NCBI GenBank assembly: GCA_014376355.1
Contig: JACMRQ010000441.1
Coordinates: forward strand, 15,875-79,874
Direction: 5' to 3'
DNA: 64,000 nucleotides
Source: Arcicella sp.
GTDB taxonomy: Bacteria; Bacteroidota; Bacteroidia; Cytophagales; Spirosomataceae
This document shows, in pieces, positions 21,769 through 31,322 of this stretch. Each line of letters opens with the position of its first letter. Position 1 is the stretch's first letter. The position numbers were made by a program, and so were the translations under genes. Below the pieces are notes generated by a model. The model worked only from the letters and a program-made list of their open reading frames with translations, had not been told where the DNA came from and made no database searches.

Positions 21769-22269
21769 ATGATTATGAATAAAAATTATATATATATCGT
21801 CTGCCTTGTCATAATAACCGCCTGCAATGGTTATTCTGATGATTTTTTTGACTTTTTATTCAATTCGAAAGGCATAAGCATAACGATGGTCTGTTCTGAC
21901 AGCCCCTCAATATTGAGCGAAGGAAGATTTTTTGAGATTTATTCCATGTCAGATGTCGATACAGAAAATGCGGTGAAAAATATTTTTGACACCGCAAATT
22001 TTAATAATAGTAGTAAATATCCCCGGTATAAAATTCCGAAATGGAAGAAAACCCCGGTTATGGATGAAAAAGATAGTGTTTATTCTTTTATTCATAATGA
22101 AATCAAAGAAGACGCAAATACGTGTTTTGATGAGAATACCCTTAGAAATGCACTAAAGCAAAAACGCAATTATTATACATTTTTATATGATAATTTAGGA
22201 CGTTCGAAAGTATTTATCTGGGATGTTAGTAATCAAAAATTATTTCTCCTTACCTCTTACGAATTATAA
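21769..22269 (+). CDS. Putative orphan immunity lipoprotein
   Basis: Lipobox ITAC; second small gene after the toxin; no evident similarity to the first. Confidence 0.6.
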   Translation: MIMNKNYIYIVCLVIITACNGYSDDFFDFLFNSKGISITMVCSDSPSILSEGRFFEIYSMSDVDTENAVKNIFDTANFNNSSKYPRYKIPKWKKTPVMDEKDSVYSFIHNEIKEDANTCFDENTLRNALKQKRNYYTFLYDNLGRSKVFIWDVSNQKLFLLTSYEL

Positions 22270-22342
22270 ATAAAAAAAACAAAGACCCGAAATTTTGTAC
22301 TTACACTTAAAACAAGATTAAAAAATTAAAATCAAAGCGTTT

Positions 22343-25300
22343 ATGAAAAATCCAAGAATATTATTTTACCTCATTCTCTTTTTTACAGCTAATATTCATG
22401 CGCAGTATACGATTCTTCCAAGCCCAAAAATGCCCGAAAGTGTAGCCGTATCAACACCCGATGTAATGAGTTTTCAAAAGTTCGGGAATATTCCGGTCAG
22501 TCTTTACAGCGGCAAAATCGATGTGGATGTGCCTTTTTATGAAATTAATACAGGTAAAATAAAAATTCCTATCGGTTTAAGCTACAACTCCGGAGGCGTC
22601 AAAGTAGATGAAATAGCATCTCAGGTCGGGCTTGGCTGGACCCTTAATGGCACAGGCAATATTTTAACGGTAGTCAATGATCTGCCCGACGGAACCCTGA
22701 CTTACCAGAATTACGCAGGCATCAACTTTCCGGTCAATATTGGGTTTAACAGAAGATATATCCTTAGTGATCCTATGTACAATGCCAACATGCAATGGTT
22801 TGCTAATGTAGACTCTGCACCTGATTTCTATTATGTAAATGCACCCGGGCTCGATAATGTCTTTACGATCGACGATACCAACTATAGCGATTACCAGACT
22901 TCACACTTCAGCAGAAGCTATATATCCAATTTTTTATATGGCAGAGGTCATAAGTTATCGCCGATAACCGTACAAAATCTTGGAGCTAAGCAAGGTATTG
23001 GGTTTACAGGCGAGGAAGATGGAAATCCGAACCTAAATATTCCCACAAAACCCGCAGATGTCAATTTTATTGGATTTTACGATTTTAATAATTTCGAAAT
23101 CAGAAATGAAGAAGGTTTGGTTTACACGTTCTCTGCCGGGAATTTTGTAGAGAGGAGGACTTTGCCGGTTTTAGTAGATCCCACAGCTGCCAGATTGGAT
23201 CCCTCATATTCTCTGGATCTTAACACTTATAATCTGGCTTCTATTTTTGATCCGTCAACACAGCAACAAGTAGATTTTGTTTATGAAACATTCCAAATCG
23301 CGCAGGCGCAAAGAATCAGATATTTGTCGAAAAACAATAATACAGGCACTGCTGATCCCTGCAACTATGGATTTATTCCCAGCTTTCAAGGTACCCCCAT
23401 ATATTCCAACGAGCAGTTGATTAAATACCATACGGCTACGAGATTGAAGAAGATTGTTTTCAATAATGGCGAGGTAGAATTTGTCTATTCCGCAAGCAAC
23501 AGGCTGGACTACGATGACAAAACTCTGGATTATATTAAAATAAAAAATATCCAAGGCAATATCGTTAAAAATTTCCACCTTATATATTCCTATTTCGATT
23601 CAAAAGAAGGCTGTACCCAGAAAGAATGCAAAAGACTTAGATTGAATCAGATCAACGAAGAATATCCAGGCAACACAAAATTATACTACAAATTTGATTA
23701 TGAATATACTAACACTAACAAACTGCCAAAACGTTTTTCATACGAACAGGATTTCTTGGGATACTATAACAACAACGGCTATACCAATACAAGCTTTATA
23801 GGCGGAGTACTATCCGGGCCACAGCCTAAGTTATATTTTTACCCGAACAAAGGAGCCTTTTCTATATTGCCGTTTCAAAAGACCAACGATGCGGTTTTTA
23901 GACAGATAACAGGCGATTATAGTTTCGCACCAAACACGTATTCCTTGACAGGTTTGCTGCAAAAAATAACCTACGAATCAAAGGGCTTCACAGAATTTGA
24001 ATATGAAAACCACACCTTCAATCTTGATGGCGCGCAGTATACCGCCGGAGGAGCCAGAATCAAAAAGCAAACTATCAATGACGGCAGTGGCAATACGAGA
24101 GAGATCAATTACACATACGTAGAAACAGACGGAACATCCTCAGGTTACATAAGCAATATACCGGTATTCGGTTATCCGAATGCCCAAATTACCAACCTTA
24201 CTGCGCCTCCAAGCCAATGGACTCCTTTCTCATTTACGACCTATGATTTCGATAAATCCGCATTGGAATTGAGCGGCAGTAATTTTGTGGGCTATTCTAG
24301 GGTAGTAGAAACGGAAACAGGCAACGGGAGTACAGAATCGTTATTTTATTCCGCTAAAGAATATCCTGATGTAAAATCCGTGAAAGTACCGCGTGATCAG
24401 TGTGGCCAATATTTGGTAGACAATAGTAATTTTCCTGGTAAAATTTTTGAGAACCTGAAAGAAAAAAGAGGCACCTTAAAAGAAAAGACTGTATATGACG
24501 AAATTGGAAATAGAGTCAATAAGGTCGAGAACACTTACACATATTCCGCTTTTTCATTCATACCTACGCAATATTTCGAAGCATATCGGACCACCAATAA
24601 CGATTTTTATCCAAGAATCAATATCTATAACGCCTATGTTGGTGAAACCTCAAAAATAAACAGGGAGCGGAACCTACAGACAAAAGTGGTCACGACAGAG
24701 TTTTTAACAGGCGGGGATAAAGTCATCGAAAAATATATTGATTACAGTAACAACTGGGCATTCCCGGTCGTAACACAAGAGCGTATCGTAAATGCAGAAA
24801 GTGAGATAAGGACTAATACCAGATACGCTTTTGAGTTTTCAAGTTGGCCTTTTGGTGCTTACTTTGTGACACAAAACAGAACTGAGCCCGTTATGCAGTA
24901 TGTTTATAAAGACAATGCTGTAGTTTCTAAGGGTATAGTAAATTATATTGACTATGGTAATAATATCATATTGCCGTCAGGTGTCTCAACTGGGAAAGGC
25001 ACTGGCGCTTTTGAGAATAATATGATTATTGATACACGCGACGACAAGGGAAATATCACCCGATACCACAACAATAATGACTCAAAGCAGACGTATTTAA
25101 TTTGGGGCTACAACAAGACCAAACTCATCGCCAAAATTGAAAGTATGGTAGGGCAATCAATGCAAAACTACGAATCGAATTTGCAGACCCTTTCCAATGC
25201 AGATAATGACCGGACAATTGGGGCGGCAGGAAATGAAGGCGCATTGCGTGCCGCATTGAACAATCTTCGTACGGCGTTACCTTACACCATGATTACCACT

Positions 25301-25453
25301 TATACCTTTGACCTAATAATTGGCCTTACCAGTATTACAGATCCGAGAGGCGATGTTCAATATTACTCCTATGATGTGTTCGGGCGTTTGCAAAATGTAA
25401 AAGATAAGGATGGCAACATTTTAAGCGAAAATGAATATCATTATAAGAACTAA
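22343..25453 (+). CDS. YD-repeat shell protein 1 (Rhs partner, no toxin tip)
   Basis: Signal peptide; PVSLYSG...LSYNSGGVKV...VGLGWTL (SpvB/TcB-like start), GGARIK, VGYSRV; ends YDVFGRLQNVKDKDGNILSENEYHYKN. Confidence 0.85.
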   Translation: MKNPRILFYLILFFTANIHAQYTILPSPKMPESVAVSTPDVMSFQKFGNIPVSLYSGKIDVDVPFYEINTGKIKIPIGLSYNSGGVKVDEIASQVGLGWTLNGTGNILTVVNDLPDGTLTYQNYAGINFPVNIGFNRRYILSDPMYNANMQWFANVDSAPDFYYVNAPGLDNVFTIDDTNYSDYQTSHFSRSYISNFLYGRGHKLSPITVQNLGAKQGIGFTGEEDGNPNLNIPTKPADVNFIGFYDFNNFEIRNEEGLVYTFSAGNFVERRTLPVLVDPTAARLDPSYSLDLNTYNLASIFDPSTQQQVDFVYETFQIAQAQRIRYLSKNNNTGTADPCNYGFIPSFQGTPIYSNEQLIKYHTATRLKKIVFNNGEVEFVYSASNRLDYDDKTLDYIKIKNIQGNIVKNFHLIYSYFDSKEGCTQKECKRLRLNQINEEYPGNTKLYYKFDYEYTNTNKLPKRFSYEQDFLGYYNNNGYTNTSFIGGVLSGPQPKLYFYPNKGAFSILPFQKTNDAVFRQITGDYSFAPNTYSLTGLLQKITYESKGFTEFEYENHTFNLDGAQYTAGGARIKKQTINDGSGNTREINYTYVETDGTSSGYISNIPVFGYPNAQITNLTAPPSQWTPFSFTTYDFDKSALELSGSNFVGYSRVVETETGNGSTESLFYSAKEYPDVKSVKVPRDQCGQYLVDNSNFPGKIFENLKEKRGTLKEKTVYDEIGNRVNKVENTYTYSAFSFIPTQYFEAYRTTNNDFYPRINIYNAYVGETSKINRERNLQTKVVTTEFLTGGDKVIEKYIDYSNNWAFPVVTQERIVNAESEIRTNTRYAFEFSSWPFGAYFVTQNRTEPVMQYVYKDNAVVSKGIVNYIDYGNNIILPSGVSTGKGTGAFENNMIIDTRDDKGNITRYHNNNDSKQTYLIWGYNKTKLIAKIESMVGQSMQNYESNLQTLSNADNDRTIGAAGNEGALRAALNNLRTALPYTMITTYTFDLIIGLTSITDPRGDVQYYSYDVFGRLQNVKDKDGNILSENEYHYKN

Positions 25454-25513
25454 TTCCCATGGGCAAACCAATTGATCCGGTCAAAAAAAACCCAAATTCA
25501 ATAAGTGCCTATC

Positions 25514-25553
25514 AAAAACTCCGCAGATATCTTATGATATTGCGGAGTTTTTT
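25514..25553 (+). terminator. Intrinsic terminator
   Basis: aaaaactccgca/tgcggagttttt stem. Confidence 0.75.
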
Positions 25554-25611
25554 ATTTAGAGAGCGTTTAGTTTAAACATTAATTCTCTATTTTTACCAAA
25601 AACAAAGCTTC

Positions 25612-26343
25612 ATGAAGAATTTAATTGCACTGTTACTGCTCATCGGAGTGTATTCATGTCAGACAGCGAAAATCAAAAATGATACTTATAAAATCTCAAG
25701 CACGAATGTAGAATTGGCAAGCATTGGGAAAGCGAAACATGCTATCGATTTAAAAAATGATTTTGAATATAAAGCCTTTGCCAAACTCGAAAACCGGATC
25801 AGGCTTTCAATAGAAATTATCCCCTATAACAAGAAGCTCAACAAGGTATACCAGGATAAAAAGAAATTCAACCAAAATCTAATTCCGTTAGATTATAACG
25901 ATACTGTTGCAAAGAAACCGGAATTGGCAGTCATACGGCTGATGGATGTTGCCGGTTATGTCAGCGAGCTCAACGCCAATTACAATCAAGACGTTTTTTC
26001 ACTCATCAGGGAAACCAAAGAAATCAAAGTGGTATCAAGTATCGCAGTCCCATTAAATTCGGAAGACCTGAATAAAATCCAACAAGCAGACGCGTACTAC
26101 CTAATCAACAACCAGGAAAAAAGATACACCATTCAATTATTCAAGCAGGGTAAAAAAACCGAGATAATAGATGTCAATCTTTCAACAGTTGTTGCCTACA
26201 AATTAAGTTCTTTTTGTTGGGCAACCAACACTAGAGGCGTATGGTATATAGCAGATCTAGCAAAAGGCATCAGTTCCTGCAAAGGCAATACCTCAACGCA
26301 AATTAAAGAAAAAGAAGTGGTCAAGAACCTTTACAAAATGTAA
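25612..26343 (+). CDS. Lipoprotein of the secretion cluster
   Basis: Lipobox VYSC. Confidence 0.7.
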   Translation: MKNLIALLLLIGVYSCQTAKIKNDTYKISSTNVELASIGKAKHAIDLKNDFEYKAFAKLENRIRLSIEIIPYNKKLNKVYQDKKKFNQNLIPLDYNDTVAKKPELAVIRLMDVAGYVSELNANYNQDVFSLIRETKEIKVVSSIAVPLNSEDLNKIQQADAYYLINNQEKRYTIQLFKQGKKTEIIDVNLSTVVAYKLSSFCWATNTRGVWYIADLAKGISSCKGNTSTQIKEKEVVKNLYKM

Positions 26344-26447
26344 TTACCAAGAAGTTTTAAATATAGAAAATCCGATAAAATCGGTCCTATCGGTCAAATC
26401 CGTGGCAAAAAAATCAGAAGCGAAACTTCACAACCTCAATTCAATAA

Positions 26448-27383
26448 ATGAAAAATACTTTTAAATATATAACCATTCTTAGCGTTGCAATCCTAACCCT
26501 CTGCTCCTGCGAAGAAATACTAATGGAAAAAGACATTTCTAACAAAGTAGTAAACCTAATTGCGCCTGTCAACGATGCCCAATTTTCATCCACTTCAGTA
26601 TCATTTACGTGGGCAACATTAGAAGATGCCACCAGCTACCATTTACAAATTGCAAAACCAAATTTTACCGACCCAATTCAAATTGTTCTTGATACGTTGG
26701 TAAGTTCAACCTCATACACAAAACAACTCAATATTGGCCAATACGAATGGAGAGTAAAAGCCACCAATAGTGCCTATGAAACACTCTACACTACAAGAAC
26801 GCTAACAGTTGTGAGCAACGAAGATTTTCAAAATAATACCGTAACTCTTTCATCGCCTGCAAATAATTTAATAACGAAAGTAGCAGCCCAAAATTTAACA
26901 TGGGAAACTGTCATAGGAGCAACCAGTTACCAAATACAAATTCTAGACAGCAGTAATGCCATTATTAACGATCAAACCCTCACTACAAACAGCCTAAATT
27001 ACACCTTCCCACAAGGCAGTTACCAATGGAAAGTACGAGCCAGCAACGTAACCAATCAAACATTATACACAGCAAGAAATATCCTCGTTGACACCACAGT
27101 ACCCAATACACCATCATTAACAGCACCAACAAATGCAAGTACCCAAACTGCTGGAGAGATCAATTTCACTTGGTCTAGAACACCAAATGCAGGAAGCACG
27201 GAAAAAGACAGTATTTTCATCTACACCAATAGCACTTTGACGAACTTACAATCCAAAACCGAAGCTACAAGTCCACATACTGCAACACTCGCTACTGGAA
27301 CATTTTATTGGTACGTTAAGTCATTCGACGAAGCTGGGAATGTTGGTGCACAAAGTACCGTTTTCAATGTGATTATCAACTAG
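26448..27383 (+). CDS. Lipoprotein with three FN3/Ig-like repeats
   Basis: Lipobox LCSC; three units of L..P.N...W...Y.W.V[KR]. Confidence 0.8.
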   Translation: MKNTFKYITILSVAILTLCSCEEILMEKDISNKVVNLIAPVNDAQFSSTSVSFTWATLEDATSYHLQIAKPNFTDPIQIVLDTLVSSTSYTKQLNIGQYEWRVKATNSAYETLYTTRTLTVVSNEDFQNNTVTLSSPANNLITKVAAQNLTWETVIGATSYQIQILDSSNAIINDQTLTTNSLNYTFPQGSYQWKVRASNVTNQTLYTARNILVDTTVPNTPSLTAPTNASTQTAGEINFTWSRTPNAGSTEKDSIFIYTNSTLTNLQSKTEATSPHTATLATGTFYWYVKSFDEAGNVGAQSTVFNVIIN

Positions 27384-27866
27384 ATGAAAAACAAAAAAAG
27401 CATATACATCTTACTACCCATTGTCCTATTGATATGGGGTTCGGTGGCATATAAATTTTTTTATTTTTCAGAAAATAAAGTAAAATCAAAAGAAGCCAAT
27501 GTTTTTACATCCAAACCTGTAGCTATAAAACCCCGAGACACCTCAAGTATTAATGTCAATTATCGCGATCCTTTTCTAGGTAAAATGTATTCGAGCAATT
27601 TAAAAAATGTTGGGCCAAAAAGAAGTACAAAAGCCACCAAACCCGAACTTCCAAAAACACCAATAGTATTACAAAGAATACTCTATAAAGGAATCGTTTC
27701 CGACACCAAAGACAAGACTCGGGTTTTTATGCTCATCATCAACGGACGAACTTTTCTAATGAAGAAAGGTGATACTGAAATTGAAGTTTTTTTAAAAGAA
27801 GGAAGCAGAGAATCTGTAACAGTCAAAAACAAAGGGACACTACAAACCATACCACTTCAGGTGTGA
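27384..27866 (+). CDS. PilP/GspC-like membrane-anchored protein
   Basis: N-terminal TM, RDPF motif, C-terminal beta domain YKGIV...LIING. Confidence 0.6.
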   Translation: MKNKKSIYILLPIVLLIWGSVAYKFFYFSENKVKSKEANVFTSKPVAIKPRDTSSINVNYRDPFLGKMYSSNLKNVGPKRSTKATKPELPKTPIVLQRILYKGIVSDTKDKTRVFMLIINGRTFLMKKGDTEIEVFLKEGSRESVTVKNKGTLQTIPLQV

Positions 27867-29152
27867 AAAAAATACTGACATATAAACTCAAATCTGCGGC
27901 TTTACAATTTGCTATTTTTATTGCAGTACTTATAGCATTGCTTTTGGGAAGTTTGGTTTTATATGTATATACTTTCGTCTATTTGAAAGGGCAATCCAAA
28001 GCTTCAATCGAAAATGTTCAGTTGGCAGATTCTGGGATGAATTATTTACTTCAACAATCTGAAATAAATTCAGATACCACTGCAATTCCTTATTTAGAAA
28101 GTGATAATCAAAAAATTAAAGTCAATTTATCCTATTGGGGGATTTTCGAAAAAGCTTTTGTCAAAACAGAGCATCGACAAAAAAACTTCATTAAAACTGC
28201 TTTTGTAGGTTCTGAAATAAATAGCAAAACTGACCCTACACTCTACTTACAAGAAAACTATAATCCGTTATCTGTTGTCGGTTTAACCAAAATCTCAGGA
28301 AATACTTATTTGCCTTCTCAGGGTATTAAACCCGGATATATTGCCGGACAAAGTTATTATGGTGCTCAAATGATTTATGGGACTACTAAAAGAAGCGGTA
28401 TACAATTACCCAAAATAGAAAAGAAGTGTTTTGACGGGTTACTTTTTTATAGTATAACATATAAGCCAGTCAATAGTTCATTAACGATTTATAAAACCAA
28501 GAATCAAATTATAAAAAACTCATTCAAATCAGCCCCTAGAAATTACTATTCTTCAAATCCAATTCTTTTAGAGAATACAGAGCTTACTGGTAATATTATT
28601 ATCAAATCTGATACGATTATTCAAATTAAAAAATCAGCAAAGCTCAAAGATATCATTCTAATAGCGCCGGAAATTTTAATTGAGGATGAAGTAACTGGAA
28701 ATTTTCAATGCATCGCTTCTAAGAGTATTAAAGTTGGTAAAGCATGTAAGCTTTCCTATCCAACTGCATTAATCTTAATACAAGAAAACAAAGACAAACC
28801 AATGACAACCAATATAAAACCTTTCGAAAACCAAATATTCATTAATGCTGGAACAATTATTAAGGGAAGTGTATGTTATTTTCAAACCAATGAACTCACA
28901 GATTTCAAGACCCAACTTATTCTCGAAAAAAATTCCCGAATAAAAGGTCAAGTCTATTGTCAAGGAAACTTTGAATTAAAAGGAACGGTTTCCGGTTGTG
29001 TTTTCACTAAACAGTTTATTTCGAATACTGCGGGATCTGTTTTCGTCAATCATATTTTGAATGGGACAATTGAAAATGAAAACACTCCCGATATTTACGG
29101 TGGAATTATCTTTGAAAAAGATAAAAAATCAATTTTGAAATGGTTGTATTAA
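27863..29152 (+). CDS. Large minor pseudopilin (GspK/PilX-like)
   Basis: KS|AALQFAIFIAVLIALLL pilin-like N-terminus lacking Glu5; repetitive beta-rich C-terminus. Confidence 0.6.
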   Translation: MKKILTYKLKSAALQFAIFIAVLIALLLGSLVLYVYTFVYLKGQSKASIENVQLADSGMNYLLQQSEINSDTTAIPYLESDNQKIKVNLSYWGIFEKAFVKTEHRQKNFIKTAFVGSEINSKTDPTLYLQENYNPLSVVGLTKISGNTYLPSQGIKPGYIAGQSYYGAQMIYGTTKRSGIQLPKIEKKCFDGLLFYSITYKPVNSSLTIYKTKNQIIKNSFKSAPRNYYSSNPILLENTELTGNIIIKSDTIIQIKKSAKLKDIILIAPEILIEDEVTGNFQCIASKSIKVGKACKLSYPTALILIQENKDKPMTTNIKPFENQIFINAGTIIKGSVCYFQTNELTDFKTQLILEKNSRIKGQVYCQGNFELKGTVSGCVFTKQFISNTAGSVFVNHILNGTIENENTPDIYGGIIFEKDKKSILKWLY

Positions 29153-29472
29153 AAAAAATAAAATCAGCCACATTGGTGGAAGCACTCATTGCAACAGTCT
29201 TGATTGTAATAATTTTTTTAATTGCCAGTTTAGTAATCAACAACCTCTTGCTTAATAATTTTTCTAAAAACACGCATCAAGTGGAGACTCATTTGAATGA
29301 ATTGGAATACCAAATACAAAACAACGAAATCCATTTACCTTATCAAGAAGTTTATGAAGATTGGGAAATTACCATTAAAAGAGAAGCTTTCGAAAGCATT
29401 GAAGGGCAGGTGATTTCAGCAACCTACAAAAACAAAAACGTAATCAAAAAACGCATCAATGCTAAAGAATAA
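29140..29472 (+). CDS. Minor pseudopilin (GspI-like)
   Basis: KS|ATLVEALIATVLIVIIF. Confidence 0.75.
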   Translation: MVVLKKIKSATLVEALIATVLIVIIFLIASLVINNLLLNNFSKNTHQVETHLNELEYQIQNNEIHLPYQEVYEDWEITIKREAFESIEGQVISATYKNKNVIKKRINAKE

Positions 29473-29932
29473 AATAAAATCCTTCACCCTATCCGAAATG
29501 CTAGTAGTTATGATTATAACAGCTATAGTGGTGGGTATGGCATTCAGCGTTTTAAAATTAGTCCAAAAACAAATTCATACCATTCAAAAAAACTTTGACA
29601 AAACAAGCACATTGGCACTTTTTGAACAAAGATTATGGCTGGATTTTAATGAATATAATTCCATAAAACTATTTCAAAAACAAAACAACATTCGTTTAGA
29701 ATCTGAGTTAGATACAATCATTTATGCTTTCAGTGATGATTTTATTTTAAGAAATACAGACACGATTAAGTTAAAACTCTCCATTACAAAGGGAATGTTT
29801 CAAAGTCAACAAGTAAAAGAAGGTGTTATCGATGCCATCCAGATTTCAGGAGAATCAGAACTCCCAAATTATACTATTTTTGTTTCAAAGAAAAATGACC
29901 TAACCTATTTTATGAATCAAGATGGCTTTTAA
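29459..29932 (+). CDS. Minor pseudopilin (GspJ-like)
   Basis: KS|FTLSEMLVVMIITAIVVG. Confidence 0.8.
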   Translation: MLKNKIKSFTLSEMLVVMIITAIVVGMAFSVLKLVQKQIHTIQKNFDKTSTLALFEQRLWLDFNEYNSIKLFQKQNNIRLESELDTIIYAFSDDFILRNTDTIKLKLSITKGMFQSQQVKEGVIDAIQISGESELPNYTIFVSKKNDLTYFMNQDGF

Positions 29933-31058
29933 ATTAGACAACATACCCAAAACTGCTACTGTTACTAATAAGAGCCAAAACAGTATAGAAAACCTTCTCA
30001 AAAAAGAAATTGTTTTTTTTGGCGATAAGTTCAACAACAAAAAGAAACAAGCTTTCTATCAAGAACTCGCCACCTTACTCAAAGCTGGAATAACCATAAA
30101 GGAAAGTCTAACATTAATTCTCGAATCCCTCAAGAAAGAGTCAGACAAAGAATTAATTCAAAAAGTAGTACAAGACATTATAAATGGGTTGCCATTCTCA
30201 GAAGCATTACTAGCCACAAAATCATTTTCAGATTACGAATATTATTCTTTAAAAATTGGAGAAGAAACCGGAACCATTGCTCAAGTCTGTCAAGAATTAA
30301 AGCTTTTTTATGAAAGAAAAAACGAGCAAAAAAGAATTGTCATTGCCGCCCTTACCTATCCAACAATTGTATTATCTACAGCTGTATTGGTGGTTATATT
30401 TATGTTGAGCTATGTAGTACCGATGTTTCAGGATATTTTCAAGCAAAATAAAATAGAACTTCCAGCATTAACCCGCATAATCATAAAATTGTCGCATTAC
30501 ACAAAAGCCTATGGTTTATATGGTCTGCTACTTATAATATCACTCTTCACTATCGGAAGTTTTGTCAAAGAAAATCAGAAATATAAAAGAATGCTACATT
30601 ATTTCCTATTAAGAATTCCAATTTTAGGCTCCTTTACAAAAAAAGTGTACCTGGCGCAATTCACCCAGGCGTTAGCTTTATTAACTACGGCCAAAATTCC
30701 AATTTTAAATAGTATACAAATGACTAAAAAAATGATTCGGTTTGTCCCGCTTCAAGATGCTTTAAATGAAGTAGAAAAAAGTTTACTAAAAGGAAATAGC
30801 TTAAGTTCTAGTTTAAAAGACAATTCAATGTTTGATAGCAGGATATTATCCCTAGTAAAGGTATCAGAAGAAACCAATCAAACGGAATATGTATTCAATC
30901 AATTAAACGAGCAATACAATCAAGAGGTCATACAGCAATCAAAAATTATGACAACAATTTTAGAGCCGTTTATAATACTAGTCGTAGGAGTGTTAGTAGC
31001 AGTGTTATTGATTGCCATGTATTTGCCAATGTTTCAGTTGAGCAGCGCGATTGGGTAG
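29922..31058 (+). CDS. gspF: GspF/PilC inner-membrane platform protein
   Basis: LATLLKAG, GEETG, ALTYP, LEPFII...AMYLPMF. Confidence 0.93.
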   Translation: MAFKLDNIPKTATVTNKSQNSIENLLKKEIVFFGDKFNNKKKQAFYQELATLLKAGITIKESLTLILESLKKESDKELIQKVVQDIINGLPFSEALLATKSFSDYEYYSLKIGEETGTIAQVCQELKLFYERKNEQKRIVIAALTYPTIVLSTAVLVVIFMLSYVVPMFQDIFKQNKIELPALTRIIIKLSHYTKAYGLYGLLLIISLFTIGSFVKENQKYKRMLHYFLLRIPILGSFTKKVYLAQFTQALALLTTAKIPILNSIQMTKKMIRFVPLQDALNEVEKSLLKGNSLSSSLKDNSMFDSRILSLVKVSEETNQTEYVFNQLNEQYNQEVIQQSKIMTTILEPFIILVVGVLVAVLLIAMYLPMFQLSSAIG

Positions 31059-31322
31059 TTCATTTGCCAGATATCAAACTACACCAAACTCAATAATTCG
31101 CTGATTTACTTAATATATTCAATCTTACACAAATAGTTGTAAAAAAAATAAGTCCGACAAAACGTGTGAAAATTGGCTTAAACCGTAACTATATTTAGCT
31201 GTTTTTTGCAATTAGTCTGCGTAAATAATGGTATTGTTAATAAATAATTATACATGTTTTAAAATTTTAAGTTAGATTTAACAAAAAAAATATTTTTTGA
31301 AGCTCTAATTCAAATTTTTCTT

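Noticed and set aside
26366-26410. aaatccg-type short repeats
   Set aside because: May be a REP-like intergenic element, but it is a single degenerate occurrence.
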